DNA from: Tricharina praecox
Lineage: Eukaryota
Direction of reading: 5' to 3'
DNA: 64,000 bases
Assembly (NCBI RefSeq): GCF_024521635.1
Contig: NW_026250415.1
Span: forward strand, 868,001-932,000
Under the pieces are notes generated by a model that worked only from the letters and a program-made list of their open reading frames with translations, was not told the DNA's origin and did no database searches. A program made the translations under genes and the position numbers. Positions 1 to 13,031 of this stretch are shown here, one piece after another (positions within the stretch are counted from its first letter, which is position 1; each line of letters opens with the position of its first letter).

Positions 1-647
1 CCAATTGAGCCTTCTCCGCTCGCCGAATGCTTCTTCCCAGGGTCCGCCAGCTACATACATACATACCTAATATCATATCTCGCACGCAACGAACGAAAAT
101 TCCTGCGCAACCGCCGTCGATGGATGGACGGACGCTGTTGCGTGGCACAGTACCTAGTTGCCCGTTGGCCCGTTGGCCCGTTGGCCCCAGGCATTGCAAA
201 TAGCATTACGGCTACCGGGTCGGAACTCTGAAGTCGGAGTTGAGTTGGGGCTGGGGAATGATTGAGCTACCAGTCGGATACGTCAACGTCGAGCTGGGTC
301 TGGGGGCATTTCACTTCGAGCTGGGTGTTCCAACTTCGCAGGCTGCAATCACGGTCGTCGTCCCCGGCGGCGGCGGCGGGTGGCCACATGACGGCCACTA
401 CATATGTACAGTATGTACATACATATCCATCCCAGTGACCAGTCCCAAGAACGGGTCAGATGGATGGAGAGTTTTTCCGCCGACGTCCGTTCAGGTGAGA
501 AGCCAACAAACAAATCCACAATTGATGTATATAGGTATGTATGCATATACAGCCGGGCAGGCCTCTCGTGCTCACTGCTGACGACCGAACGTCCACCTGC
601 TTGCATGCGCCATCCCCCACCTCGAACGACGAAGCCTGCCATCAGCT

Positions 648-680
648 CCACCACCACCACCACCACCACCACCACCACCA
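648..680. repeat. (CAC)n trinucleotide microsatellite
   Basis: About 11 CCA/CAC units read directly. Confidence 0.95.
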
Positions 681-3600
681 TACCGGATGGGTCCGATCGT
701 CCACAGAGCCACGGCTGGTGCTCCGGTCACCACTCGAGACCAACGCCTAAGTAAGCATGGAAGTAGACACCTCCCCCACACATATCTACTCTGTCGCCAA
801 TAGCTTACTATAGGCACATCGTCTGCAGCTAGCCCCCCCGCATTCCTCAAGCGAAAAGGGTTCGCCACCCACCAGAGATTCCCCAGTGCATACATACCTA
901 CATACCTACATACACACATACACAGGTAGTATGGAAGCCGCATCAGCATCAGCATCAGCATCAGAATCAGCAGAAGGTTTCCCCAGCAACTATGTATGTC
1001 CGGGTGCTCTTCTCTGCTTTTCCCAATTCCGCCAATCATACTATATTATATCATAGGTATCCAGTTGGAGAATGGGGGCAGAATTTAGAAATCGCTGCTC
1101 GACAGGAAGCCCATACAGGAAGCCCATACATACAACTCGATGCTCGATGCTCGATGCAGCTCCGTGGCAAAGATGCATTTGCTTCACCACCCCCCAGACA
1201 TCCTTCCCTTTGCAAAAACTGTATGTATCATGCAGTAGATAAGGCAAAGCAAAGCAAAGCATGAAGTCAAAAGCCAACTTAAATTTTGCTCGCGGGTGAT
1301 GCGGGAAATCTCAATCTCTTCAATTCCTCCCCTCCCTCCCCGCATATCGTGTTTTCTGACAATTGCTCATAATGTATAGTTAGCTGGTAGCTATGGCGGC
1401 CCGTTGCGGTAAGCTCTGATATCTGGATTCTGCTGGAAGGGATTGGCTCATGATGCAAAAAAATTGTGAGTTTTGCCATAGCCATAGGTTGTCCCGAACC
1501 AAATATCCAGTTGCCCTGCACGTGAAGCTTTCGTTGAGCCGAGTCGTCTCATGGCTCACCGCTTGAATGCTTAGTTTCGTTCGGGCATTCTGCCCGTGGT
1601 CCAGCCTCCAGGACCGTCTGATATGTACCATACTTACTATACATACATACCGGTACCAAGTTGCCAACAAACCCGCCGGCAGATACCTAGCATCTAGATG
1701 CAACCAGTCGTGCGTATGTACGGCCTCGAGACTCGGTCCCGGAATCAGTAGCCGGTTTCCTGGGTCGGATAAGTACGGTAGGGAGGAATCATGCCCCGCA
1801 TAAGCAGTTAGTTGGTTAATTAGGTACTCCTAGCGACACTGGCTAATTAGGTTCCAGTGTTTGGAGTTTCACGGACGTGGATCCGCTCCGCACTTCAGCT
1901 TTCGGGGAGGATGGTGGATCTGCAGGCTGCTCACATGGGGTTGTAGGCATGAGGTATGTGGGAATGTGGATATGTGTGTTTGATACTGTCAATAGTGGAT
2001 ACTGGACACGGCTTCGTTCCGGGAGGAAATCATCGTCATCGTGGTCACCATCGTCATCGTCATCATGCAAAACTGCTATTGCTGGGGATGGGAATGGCAT
2101 GCCGTCGTATATAGGTAGCGGTGAAAGAAATCGTGCATACATAACCAAGTACCATCATAACTACCGGTAAGTACCGGTAAGTACCGTACCTGTAAGCAGA
2201 TGAGCCCCCAAGTTCCAACCATTATGTAACTCCTCTACTGACGACCTTGCGCGAATACACCAGACGACAACTTTTATGGTATGGACAAACCACGGCAAAC
2301 TCGGCAATTCCAACCTACCAATTGCACCGTGCATCCTGATCATGAATCGTGACGTGATGAAGCAATTCGCAATTCGCACTTCGCAATCTACTTCCTTACT
2401 TCTTTACTTACGTGGTTACGTAGTTCCTTGTGGAGATGATGTTCGGTCGATTGCTGTGCTGCAAGTCGCTTAAGCTCGATGGCACAATCGACCCAAATTT
2501 CTCCCGGATGTGGTCCCTGGTGGTGGTGTTGGGGTAGGCAACAGCAGCCACCAGCAGCCACCAGCACGCACCACTGGCCCGCTCTGGAGTCTGGAGTCTG
2601 GTAACCGCTGTAAGCTGTAAGCACAACTTCTCACCGCTGTGTAGGGCTGCCATCCGCTACCGACTTCCGACCACCGAACACCGAGCACCGAACACCGACC
2701 AAACGACGTAGGATGTATGTAGGTGAGATCTCAGGTAGAGTAGATAGATAGACGCAATCCGCAACCACAACTCTCGGAAGACGTCGTCCCACCCCATATA
2801 CGGCACCATACTTCCCGATCCAAGTCACGGCATGTACGGTATATACGGTACGTAGTATTCCCGCACCGTCAGTCTTCTTCCCTTTCATCATGTTCTTCTC
2901 GTTCTTGTTTCTTTTTTCGTTCTGTCTTCCCTTTCTCGACGTCGACGTCGAAAAAGTTCAATGCTTACACTTTCTGGGGTCATTTTCCGACGTAACTAAC
3001 TACGGGAAACCCGGCTAACAAATCCCTGCTCCAAACTTTGTACAGTACTCTCTAACTACCGATACTAACTGCTCGAGTATATAACGAACCCGCTCTTGTT
3101 GCTACTACTCGGTACTTGAGTACTCGGATCTTGTGGCTTCGGAGTCCGGACCCGATATCGAAGTGCGAGAATCTTGGACTTGAAATTCGAGAGATTATTG
3201 CGATCTGGAACCGTCGCTTTGGCGTTGAGCTTGTGTTTGGGCTGTGAACGAACACTCCCTTCCACAATCAACCATCCGTCAGTTGGATCCACCACAGGTC
3301 CGCAGGTTTGTAGCAAGTGGAAGTGTGCTATGTACATACCATGTACCTATGATGTGCCTATGCGCCCATGTGCCTTTGTACTTACGTAGCAACATGCAAC
3401 ATGCACAGAGACGAAGCTTGTTGACTGTTGGCTGTTGGCCCTGCTGTTGTCGGTGCATGAAGGCTGTCGTCGGCGCGTGAGTAGGTACTGTGCCTAGCGA
3501 GATCTTGCCGCTGTTAGAGCTTTGCCTGTGGACTCTGCTTGCGGACTCTGGAGATCGCAACGGTGGAGGCTGTGGAGGCTGTGGAGCTGGTGGTGTGGCG

Positions 3601-3915
3601 CGCGGGGAAGCAAGCCACGATTACTCTGCTAGGTAGTACCGTAGGTAGATCAATCTGCCCATTGGCTACACGTGAACTCCTATGTAGAGTATGAACATAT
3701 ACCGGTATCATATGATGAGCTGGCCGGTCCGTTGTAAGTAAAAACGTTCTATGTATCCGGGATCGACGTTCGTCTCTCGAAGCAACCCGCCCGTCCCCAG
3801 CCCCAGCCCGCGTAAATCACACGCTAGATCGTTCCCGGTTAGTTAGGGACGACTGTCGTGTCATGTCATGCAGCTGCTCGAATTTATCCAGGTGTTCATT
3901 TTCCTCGAGCTCTTC

Positions 3916-4037
3916 ACAGCAACAGCAACAGCAACAGCAGGCAGTTCAGGTACCTTCAACTCGTTCACCTTCCATCTATCCCCCCACCAACACCACCAAC
4001 ACGACCACCACCACCACCACCACCACCACCACCACCA
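3916..4037. repeat. (CAGCAA)n and (CAC)n microsatellites upstream of the Gyp8-like gene
   Basis: CAGCAA run at ~3917-3940 and CAC run at ~4005-4037. Confidence 0.9.
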
Positions 4038-4143
4038 GCACCTACACACTCTGGCAGCGGCTGGCCTCCTATCCACAACTCAAGCAGCTTAACCGGGTTA
4101 CTCGAGCCAGCTACCTACCGTAGTTATTCGTATCGGGACCCCC

Positions 4144-4185
4144 CACCACGCACCACGCACCACGCACCACGCACCACGCACCACG
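4144..4185. repeat. Heptamer tandem repeat (CACCACG)x6
   Basis: Six perfect copies counted, ending ~50 nt before the ATG at 4233. Confidence 0.95.
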
Positions 4186-4232
4186 CACCACCAGCACGAT
4201 ACGAAGCTCCCCCCCCACCCCACACAGTCTCG

Positions 4233-5867
4233 ATGGATGAAATCGACACCGGCACCAGCGGCAGCGGCAGGAGCAGCCACCGCAACAGCGGTGAATCGGG
4301 ACGACCACCACTGCTGCGGACGACCTCGATCCGGTCCTTCACGAATGCCGAAAAGGATAAAATCAGCGCCATACGTGCCGCATGCGAAGCAGGCGATCGC
4401 GGATCTCTCATCCAACACGCCATCTCGGCGGATGGGCTCGTTAGCGACGACGTGCGGCGCGAGGCTTGTACGCCACACCTGATGCCCCCCCCCCACACCG
4501 TCAAACCTCCTGCGGCCTAGGCGAGGGAGGAGGAGGTGTCGTGTCGTATCCAAGCGAACGCTAATCAGCTGGTTTCATGTTGGCGGCAGGGCCCTTGTTG
4601 CTGGCAACTACCGTCCCGCGGGTTTCCGACGCCGTCGACGCCGACTGCGAACATGACACGGCCGCGGCGGAAAAGATACCCGAACGAGTGCCGTGGGAAG
4701 AGCTGCCACTTCACGAGGACGAGCGCCAGGTGCAACTGGATGTCGATCGATCGTTCATATATTACCCCACCAGTAAGCGACAGTCCGGGGGGGTTCATGC
4801 ATCGCGGTATCCCGGATCCTGCTGAGTAGCACTGAAATGCAAAGCATAGATATGTCGCCTCGGCAACTCGACGATCGGAAGAAGGAGCTATCGGATCTGA
4901 TAGTGGAGGTCCTGCGCAGGCATCCGATGCTGGGCTACTTCCAGGTTCGCGCTCGCAAGTCCGCAAGAGTACTACGCTCCCCCGATGCATCATGTTCCTG
5001 ACCTCGTTCATGGCAGGGCTTTCATGATATCTGCCAGGTGATCCTACTGGTCATGGGACCGAAAGCGGCGGTTTCGGCGGTGGAGCACATTGCGTTGCTG
5101 AAGATCCGTGACTTCATGCTTCCGTCCATGACACCCGCCATAAATCACCTCCGCCTGCTATATCCACTCCTTAACGATGAGGATCCAAAGTTGTGCGCCC
5201 ATCTATCGAGAACCCAGCCTTTCTTTGCGTTGGCTGCCACCCTTACCCTGTATGCCCACGATATTCAGGAATACAGCAATATAGCCCGGCTGTTCGATGT
5301 CTTCTTGGCGTTGGATCCGGTGTTTCCGCTGTATCTGTTTACCCAGGTAATCCTCCTCAGCAAACTCCCCGTGGAACACACGCTGACACCTCTGGACAGA
5401 TCGTGATGGAGCGCAAAGAGGAGCTATTCGAGATACCAGACGACGAGCCGGAAATGCTCCACTCGATCCTGTCGAAGCTCCCGAAGCCGCTCGACCTGGA
5501 GGGCTGGATCTCTCGCGCCATCTTGCTCGTGGAGAAGCGGCCGCCGGAGAAGCTCTCGACCTGGCGCTGGGTGTCCAAGTACAGCGTACTCAAGACCTCG
5601 CGGACAACCAGTCCCACCCTAACCCTGGAAGCAGCAGAGAAGATCTTCTCGTACCAGTGCCAGGAGCTCAAAAGCGCCGAACTACGAAAGCAACGGCTCG
5701 TTGCTCTCGCAAAACACAAGACGCCGATACTGGTCGGACTCTCCGTGCTCATCGGCGTATCTTCCATCGCTCTCGGGATGTATGCGCGCAACCACGGAGG
5801 CGTGGGCTCCCTGCCCGGAATGACGGTCGTATGGAGGATCTTTGTCGCCATTCGACGGCTGATGTGA
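4233..5867 (+). CDS. GYP8: TBC-domain Rab GTPase-activating protein, Gyp8/TBC1D20-like, 5 exons
   Basis: Exons 4233-4467, 4590-4772, 4850-4944, 5017-5346, 5400-5867 splice in frame at GT-AG. Motifs RREAWPLLL, DERQVQLDVDRSF and LGYFQGFHDI (TBC Arg/Gln fingers); hydrophobic C-terminal anchor. Confidence 0.88.
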
Positions 5868-6189
5868 TTGGATCTCTCTCTCTCGCTTTCTCTCTCTCTC
5901 TTTATCTGTCTCTCTCTTCTCGTTTCATTTTTCCTTTTCTTTTCTTTTCTTTTTCTGCGTCTAGACAAAAGTTTGCTTGGCTTGGCTTGGCTGGTTCGGT
6001 TGCGTGGTGATTGGGTTGGGCTGGGTTGGGTACGCCGCACGGCGCAGAGCACGGTTTCCTTATTGTATACTAATTGCATTCCTACCTATACTAAAAAAGC
6101 TCAAGCCATTTCCCACCCACTGAAATGTTCCCAGTTCCCACCGGCATTTTTGTGCTCACCTACTTGCCTATCCACCCTTCGCTTGCGGA

Positions 6190-7170
6190 TAGATGGCTGG
6201 ATGGCTGGATGGATGGCTGAACGTATGGCTGGGTGGGTGTATGGGGTTTGGGTGTATGGGGATGTATGGGGTGTATGGATGTATGGGTGTCTGGAGCATG
6301 TATGGGTGTATGGAGCATGTATGGGGTGTGATGAGCTGCAGATGTGACATATGCAGGTAGAACCTGCCTCACATACATGCCTTTCCATATGTATGGTACA
6401 TACAAAGTACCAACAGCTTGCTGGCTGGCTGGCTTACCCAGCAGCCGGACAGGACTGGGCATATTTTCTCCGTTTCGGGTATGTGATGCGGTACTGGTGG
6501 GTTGCTGGTGGGATACGGTCCCCCGCAAATGCTATGTAGAGTAACTGCTCACTGCACGAGTAAGGCGTAAAAACAGGATCTGTGCAGCGCAGGTTGGGCG
6601 TGGGTTGGGCGTGGGTCGGGCGTGAGGGGCGGGGGGGAGAGGGGGGAGAGGAGGGGCGGGGAGGGAAGAGGTGGGTCCGGAGGGAATGCCGGTGCGATGT
6701 GTGATGTGTTATGTGTGATATCTGATGGAGGTAGGGTAGGGTAGAGGGTAACTAGAGGGTAGATGGGATACCCTATTTAAGTCGGTGAGGACGGAGTTGG
6801 GGGGTACGTTGGGGATGGGGGGTGCGTTGGTGGTGGTAGACTGGTAGTGGTGGAATGCTGAGTTCTTGGAGGGCCGGGGTACGTTGTTATGTAGCGGGAC
6901 GGCAGTTGCGGGGGGTTATATGTGTATGTGTATGTGGTGTATGTGGTGTATGGGTATGTGTATGTATGGGTATGAGTATATGCAGGTATGGTTATGGGTA
7001 TGTGTATGTGCATGTGGTGTATGTGTATGGGTATGTGTACCGTATGGTTATGTGTATGGTTATGTGGGTGTATGTGTATGTGTATGTGTACCATATGGAT
7101 ATGTGTACCATATGGTTAAGTGTACCGTATGGGTATGTCTACCATATGTGTACCGTACGGGTATGAGTGT
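6190..7170. repeat. Long TG/GTAT-rich low-complexity tracts with a G-rich block between them
   Basis: Degenerate GTAT/GTGT/GGAT units at ~6190-6330 and ~6915-7170; G-runs at 6593-6683. Confidence 0.85.
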
Positions 7171-8744
7171 TATGTGGGGATGAGTGCAGCCGGCCTTGAC
7201 CGCTTGACCGCCTGACCACTTGACCGCCTGACCGCTTGACCGGACTGGAAGTGTATGGTTGCGTATGTAGCCGAAATGTCACTGATGTAGAGTACTATGG
7301 TTGAGGTTGGGCACCCACTACCTACTGTTTGCAGAGGTGGTGGGGGCATTCGTAGCCGGGGGGATGATGCCGCAGAGGGGGGGGGGGGGGTGGGGGGGGG
7401 GGCATTCATAGCTGGGGGAGGAGGTGAAGCCGCAGCGGGCAATGGGTCGTGTGCACAACCAACAACCAGAGTTCCCAGAGTGGAGCAGATGCATAGACAC
7501 ATAGATGCATACAGTAGATATGCGCCCACCACTGGCGATCCCGCAGCCGTCGCCCCGTCCCGTCCCGCGCCGCCCCTTGTCCATACCCGTCCCGTCTCTT
7601 CCCGTCCCCTTCCCGCCCCGTTCGGTGCGAGCGGGGGGCGGGGGGCGGGGGCCGCGGGGGAGGAGTGCGGCAGTCCGTGCGTGCGTGTTACCAGCGCCAC
7701 AACTTGCTGCGTCGTCGTGGCGTTGCTTGCGTGCGAGTGAGAGCGGGGGGATCTTCCATCTGCTCTGCTCTGCCCCCGCGTAAGAGTGACTCTATATGAA
7801 CATTCGGATCCGGATCAGATCCCGTCCGCAACCGCAACTGCAACCGGGGGGAAGGACTGAAGCACGAGCACGGAACGGAGGAGGTTTCCGTCCTGCAACT
7901 TCCGGCGCACGACAGACGCCAGAGAGAGAGAGATCTTCAAGACAGACGACAGACGCCAGACGCCAGACGACGACGTGACCGCCCGTGAAGCACACAACAC
8001 ACGTGATGACGGTGCAACGCGCTCGCGTGAAGGTACTTGTAAAGCGGGCTGATCTGGCCACCGGAAGCTTAAACTACTTGGTTAGTGGACTGACCGTCTG
8101 CTCTCCTCCGCACTCAGCATCTCAAACTCCACAGAACCGTCCTCCATCTCTGTGAAAAGTGTAGCAGCCTAAGTTCCATCGTGGTCGAGAGCACGCCCAC
8201 TGCTCGTCCTATGAGTCACAACTCCCCCACTCGAGCCCCGCCTTCGTTCCCTCCTACGAAGCACATGATGCACCCTGCGGCTCTGCGGGAAGCAACCACA
8301 CTATGACACAAACTACGCATCTCGCTTAATCCGGCATGACGCCATCAGGCATCATGTCCACTGTTCAGCAGCATCGCTTTTGTCACGCACTCACAAGCTT
8401 TCTCAAAAAACACAGTGCACACATCCATTCTCATTGTACATACAATATGATATCAGAGAGCGTATACACACGAAACCTAAGGAAGTATGCGGTACAATAT
8501 CCAAAAGAGAGGGGAAAAAAGAGGCCAAAACAATCCCCGCAGGAATAATGTCAAAGATAAAAGAGCTCCAAACACCATTACAAAAACCCCCCCAAAGAAA
8601 AGGAAGTTCGGTCGGTCCAAAAAACAAAAAATACAACCATTTGCACCAGATACAGGAATCGAAATCGAAATCGAAATCGAAATTGTTGAGAAGAGAGGAA
8701 TGGAATGGAATGGAAAATGACGAAGAGTTGAGGAAATATCTGCT

Positions 8745-10767
8745 CTAGACTACCTCACGATCGGCCGCCTTCTGGACCTCGAGCAGCTTCAACTTCCTTG
8801 CCAGCAGTCCATGGCCCTGGCCCTGGCCTGGAACCTTCGTCGAAGCTGACAGGTCCAGTTTCTCGTATGTGCTCCTGGTGCTGCTGGTATCACTACCGGC
8901 GTCACGCTCGTCCACGTCCATCTGGCCGTTTCCGGCGCAATAATCTGGTGGCGACGACATCATGGACAGAGGCAAAGACGGTGGCGCATCGCCGCCGCCC
9001 CTCGTCATGCCAAACAAACTTGCACTCCTCTGCCTGCCCTTTGCCGTGGGAGTGATCGCAGAACTCGGCGCCTCGGCTCTCCATGTTGAGAACTTTGGCT
9101 CGGGCCAGAGCGTCTCGTTGCGAAGCCGCTCTTTGCCGTCCGGCACACGGTTTGCAAAGACCACGCGGATGGACTTGAATATGTAGTATCTACCGCGCGA
9201 GGGGCAGACGATATGCATGTGAATTAGATAGCGCAGTGAGTCCCGTTCTTTACCACGGGCCAGTGCCATTGTCGCGTTCACTGGAGAATCGCCGCCCATC
9301 CCCCCGACCGAATAGGACTTCTGTCTGATGAATGTCTTGGTCCCCGGCTCCATGTCGCGGAGATCATAGGGGACCAGGAAGAGCTTGACCGCGGTTTTGT
9401 GGGGATTCTTTATGACAATCTGCAGCTGTCCGCGCTGCGGTATGCGGTAGGAGCCACCGACACCTGGCGGGGGTTTCTTGCCCTTGCCGGACTGGGCGCC
9501 GAGAGCGGAATCGAGATCGAGCGATCCGACGTAAGGTGACGGTGAGTCATAATCACCAACCGAGTAGAAGTAGGCGGGGAACGGCAGTGTTACGTGTGCT
9601 GGACACCTCAACGACTGCTTGCATTTCCCGAGTCCCAGCACACCAATCTGTGCCACGAAATTGAGCGGTTTCGAAGGCGTCGTGGACATGCGTCCATTCA
9701 GTATGGATTCTTCGTATGAGCCCACGAAGGACCCAAAAGGTAGCTCCGAAGGCGTGCCGCCCATCCCCGACAGCCGACGCGACTTGGGCGATAGCGATGA
9801 TCCGTCCCACTGGGCCGAGTGGGCTGGCATGCCGGCACCGAACGTCTGACTTCGAACAAAAGATGCTTTCGTCGGCGAAAACTGGAGAGTTGAGAGCGCC
9901 GACGGAGGCAGTGATTTGCGGCGGGCCCTACGTTCCGAGAAGCCGATATCGATCGGTCGTGCCGACTCATCGCTGCTGCCATCAGTGTCAGGGTTCGACG
10001 AGTGCACGAGCGGCGATGTGGGTGTCGTCAACACGAAGTTCGACGACAGCGATGGCGTTCTGATATGACGTTGACCCGGCGGAGGGACCTCGCGCCGCGG
10101 GAACGCCGTGTGTAGGGGAGGCGGGGGTAGAGTCGTGCGGCCGGTGAGCTCATAGCTGCGAAATGGGTTTGCGGCTACCGGGGGTGACCCGAGCGAGAAT
10201 TGCGAGCTTCTAGCTTCGTTCGTGAATATGCCCTGATGCAGGGCGGATTGCGGTCTGTCGGGATGTTCATCTGTCGGACGCGGGGAGCTGCTCGGCGTGT
10301 GATTGGGATAGTAACGGTCGGAGAGCTACACGTTCCAAGAGCGGCCAGTTAGCATTTCCTTTGACGATAGCTCCGCGAAGCTGTCTCGCTCCGCAACCAC
10401 CACCGCCACCATCACCACCACCGTCGCCACCTCTCAGAAGCGAGCGTACGTTTCTGTTTGGAACCCATGTCGGTGTTTCGCCTGCCTTGATACGTTCGAT
10501 GAGCTCAGCTCTGTCGGTAACTCCGGAAACAATGGTATGCGTGACGTCGGGACGGGTCAAGTGTGCTAGAGGAGAAGCAGCTGGGTGCAGTGGTAATGGT
10601 AGCGGTTGGAATGCAAGCGTTGCATCGGGGGTGTCATGCGGCTGTAGTGGATGTTGCATGTTGCACTCGTCGCCGTTGCTGATGTTGTGGGCGTTTGGCT
10701 TCAATCCTGGGCTCGGCGATGACTGCAGCGGCGGTCTTTCGCGAATACTACTGTATGAGAAGGGCAT
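8745..10767 (-). CDS. DUF4210 / chromosome-segregation-domain protein (FAM214/Atos family), 2 exons
   Basis: Exon 10767-10450, intron 10449-10326 (GTACGC...GCTAAC...TAG), exon 10325-8745, in frame. Motifs FVGSYEESILNGRMS, FVAQIGVLG, YRIPQRGQLQIVIKNP, KLFLVPYDL, KTFIRQKSY, LRYLIH. Confidence 0.85.
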
Positions 10768-10849
10768 GCGGAGAGTGTTTTGAGGGTTTGCAGCAACAAT
10801 TTATGTGGGTGTTTGGAGTGGGAGGAGGTGGCGGAACAGAGTACATGTA

Positions 10850-11060
10850 AGTGGAAAGAGAGAGGAAGTTCAAGGACGGAGGGAGGAGGAGGGGGGGCGG
10901 ACTGAGGAAGAGGAGGGAGAGGGAGAGGAGAAGGGACGAGAAGGAGAGGGAGGATGAGGATGGACGGGAGAAGGAGAGAATGGGGAAGAAGAGGAGGAGG
11001 AAGAAGAAGAAGAATCACGAAGCGGAAGAGGAAACAAGAAGAAGAAGAAGAAGAAGATGA
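10850..11060. repeat. Polypurine (GAA/GGA) tract; CT-rich leader on the minus strand
   Basis: Almost pure A/G run just upstream of the ATG at 10767. Confidence 0.85.
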
Positions 11061-13031
11061 AGGGCGTCTTTCACTAATAAATAACAGTTAGAAAAGTGGG
11101 ACTGTACGCAACATCGACCATGACGCTTGCCATGGGACTAACAACGTAAGAACTATCGAAGGGGCCAGGGACCTTGTTGGCGAAATGGCAGCTCGTCCGG
11201 CAGTCTGTTTGTTTGTGCTGTCTCGCTTTTTTTTATCCCTCGCGTCTGTGCCGATTCCGCCCTCCGCACCGATAGGTAACCACGGCTATGGTACAGCATC
11301 AGCGGAATTGCTCAGCACACGGCGGGCCACCTCAGTTATCTTCAGGATCCATGGATCGAGAATCAGGACTCATATACGATACTTTCGGGCACGGTGTAGA
11401 GTAGGTTATAGAGCACTATCTAGTGGCGTTGTGGAGGCGGGGGAAGCTTTTCGCCAGGTTCGCGTGAGGACCAGTGGGCCACTGGTCTTCTGTACTCTAT
11501 GCTAGCTAACGGACATAAATAGAGTAGAGTGGACTCCTCACAGGCTCACCTAGCTATCTACCTAGTTCCATTGCGGAGAAGAACGACATCTAGACAGTGA
11601 GCTCTCGCCCGCGTGAGCATCACTCGCGATCGGTGGAGATGAATGGCGGGAAGGGAGGGGTTCGTCAGGATATCGCACATACTATGGGGAATGGATGGAT
11701 AAAGCCCCCCACTGACCGGCTACGGCGTACCTCCCGCAGTCTGCACTGCACTGCACTCTTTTTTTCTTGTCCTCGCAACTGACCCGAGCTGACGAATTTC
11801 AGATCTTCAGGGCCAAGGCACTGGCCGGATGTTGGTTCAACACATTCTCCGAAACCATTGTGATCACCATCGATCCCCTTCAACTCGAATCGCCCACGCA
11901 TCGCTGGTGTGACCACCCGTAGGAAGTCTGTTTGTTGTGCGGTGTCGGATGGGAACGAGAATACCACCCAAAAGTATTTCTCACGACTCCAGCTGATGTG
12001 AATTCTAGAGCTTCTCGGCTGTCCCTTGGTCGCCGCTATTGGCGACGTAGGATACGCACTACGCCCGCCTTGCCTCGACCGGTGATGCCTGCAGAGATGG
12101 CTGCATTCGCTGTCTATGTACGGTCTTCGGTGCGGTATAACAGCTGATTGTCACGTTGAAGCACTCGAGCCTTGAGCCGGTCTTGGGGAATGCGTCAACA
12201 CGACGCCTCTGAATGAAAGACGCCGCCCAAAGACGAGACGGGCTGCAAGATTGATTGACTGGTGCTTCAAGTCGATTAGGTTTGCTGGATTGAGACAAGT
12301 TGTTTCATTCTTTACGGGTTTCTTTGGCTTTGAAGATACCCTCTTGTTTCCCTCCGCCTCCGCGATGGCGTACAGAGTATGGGATTGGACATGGACGTGG
12401 ACATGGCCTAGGTATTGTCCTCTTGTTTCGCGCCGTGAATGCAGTATCGGACCAAAACCCCAGACAAAGCCCCGTAGCCGAACCGTCTTCTTGAAGCTCG
12501 GCTCCGTGGAACTGCCCAAGGCAAAGGCATAGGTATTTAGCTTCTCCAAACATTCCACCCACGGTCGATGCCCTCTCAGCTGCAGCTTTGGCTTTTGCAT
12601 GTACTGCTGTTCCGTGTTGCGGAGTAGAGTGCACTTTGCTCCGCTGTTCATCGGGATCGTCATATTGACATCGATCCAACCACTTCCGCCACCCACAGAG
12701 TAGTCATAGGCACTCGAGTAACGGCTGGTTGCATGCGTGCTGTGTTACTCGACGGCCAACGCGCTACAATATACTCGCAGATAGCGGGAAAGATCCCACG
12801 TTTTCTGCAGGCTCATCTTCGATTGTGCGGGTGAAGTGGACTCGAACTGTGATTCCCATAGCTGAGTGATTTCCTGTGCTGTCCTCCCGCGGAGGGAGCG
12901 AACTGGTCACTCGTGACCAAGTGTACGCGTGGGCCAGGTTCCTCATATAACCTTGCGGCTTGTTCCTCAACCCCACGTTAGTACTCGAGGTGAAGGTCAC
13001 CTCTCAACACCAGCCCGCACACGACTCGAAA

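Noticed and set aside
3858..4232. Pro/His/Gln-rich in-frame extension upstream of the Gyp8-like ATG
   Set aside because: It starts at GTG and is built from microsatellites; more likely leader or promoter sequence.
6777..7183. Cys/Met/Tyr/Val-rich and His/Thr-rich ORFs resembling metallothionein-like peptides
   Set aside because: They are translations of the GTAT/GT low-complexity repeat, which is open in several frames.
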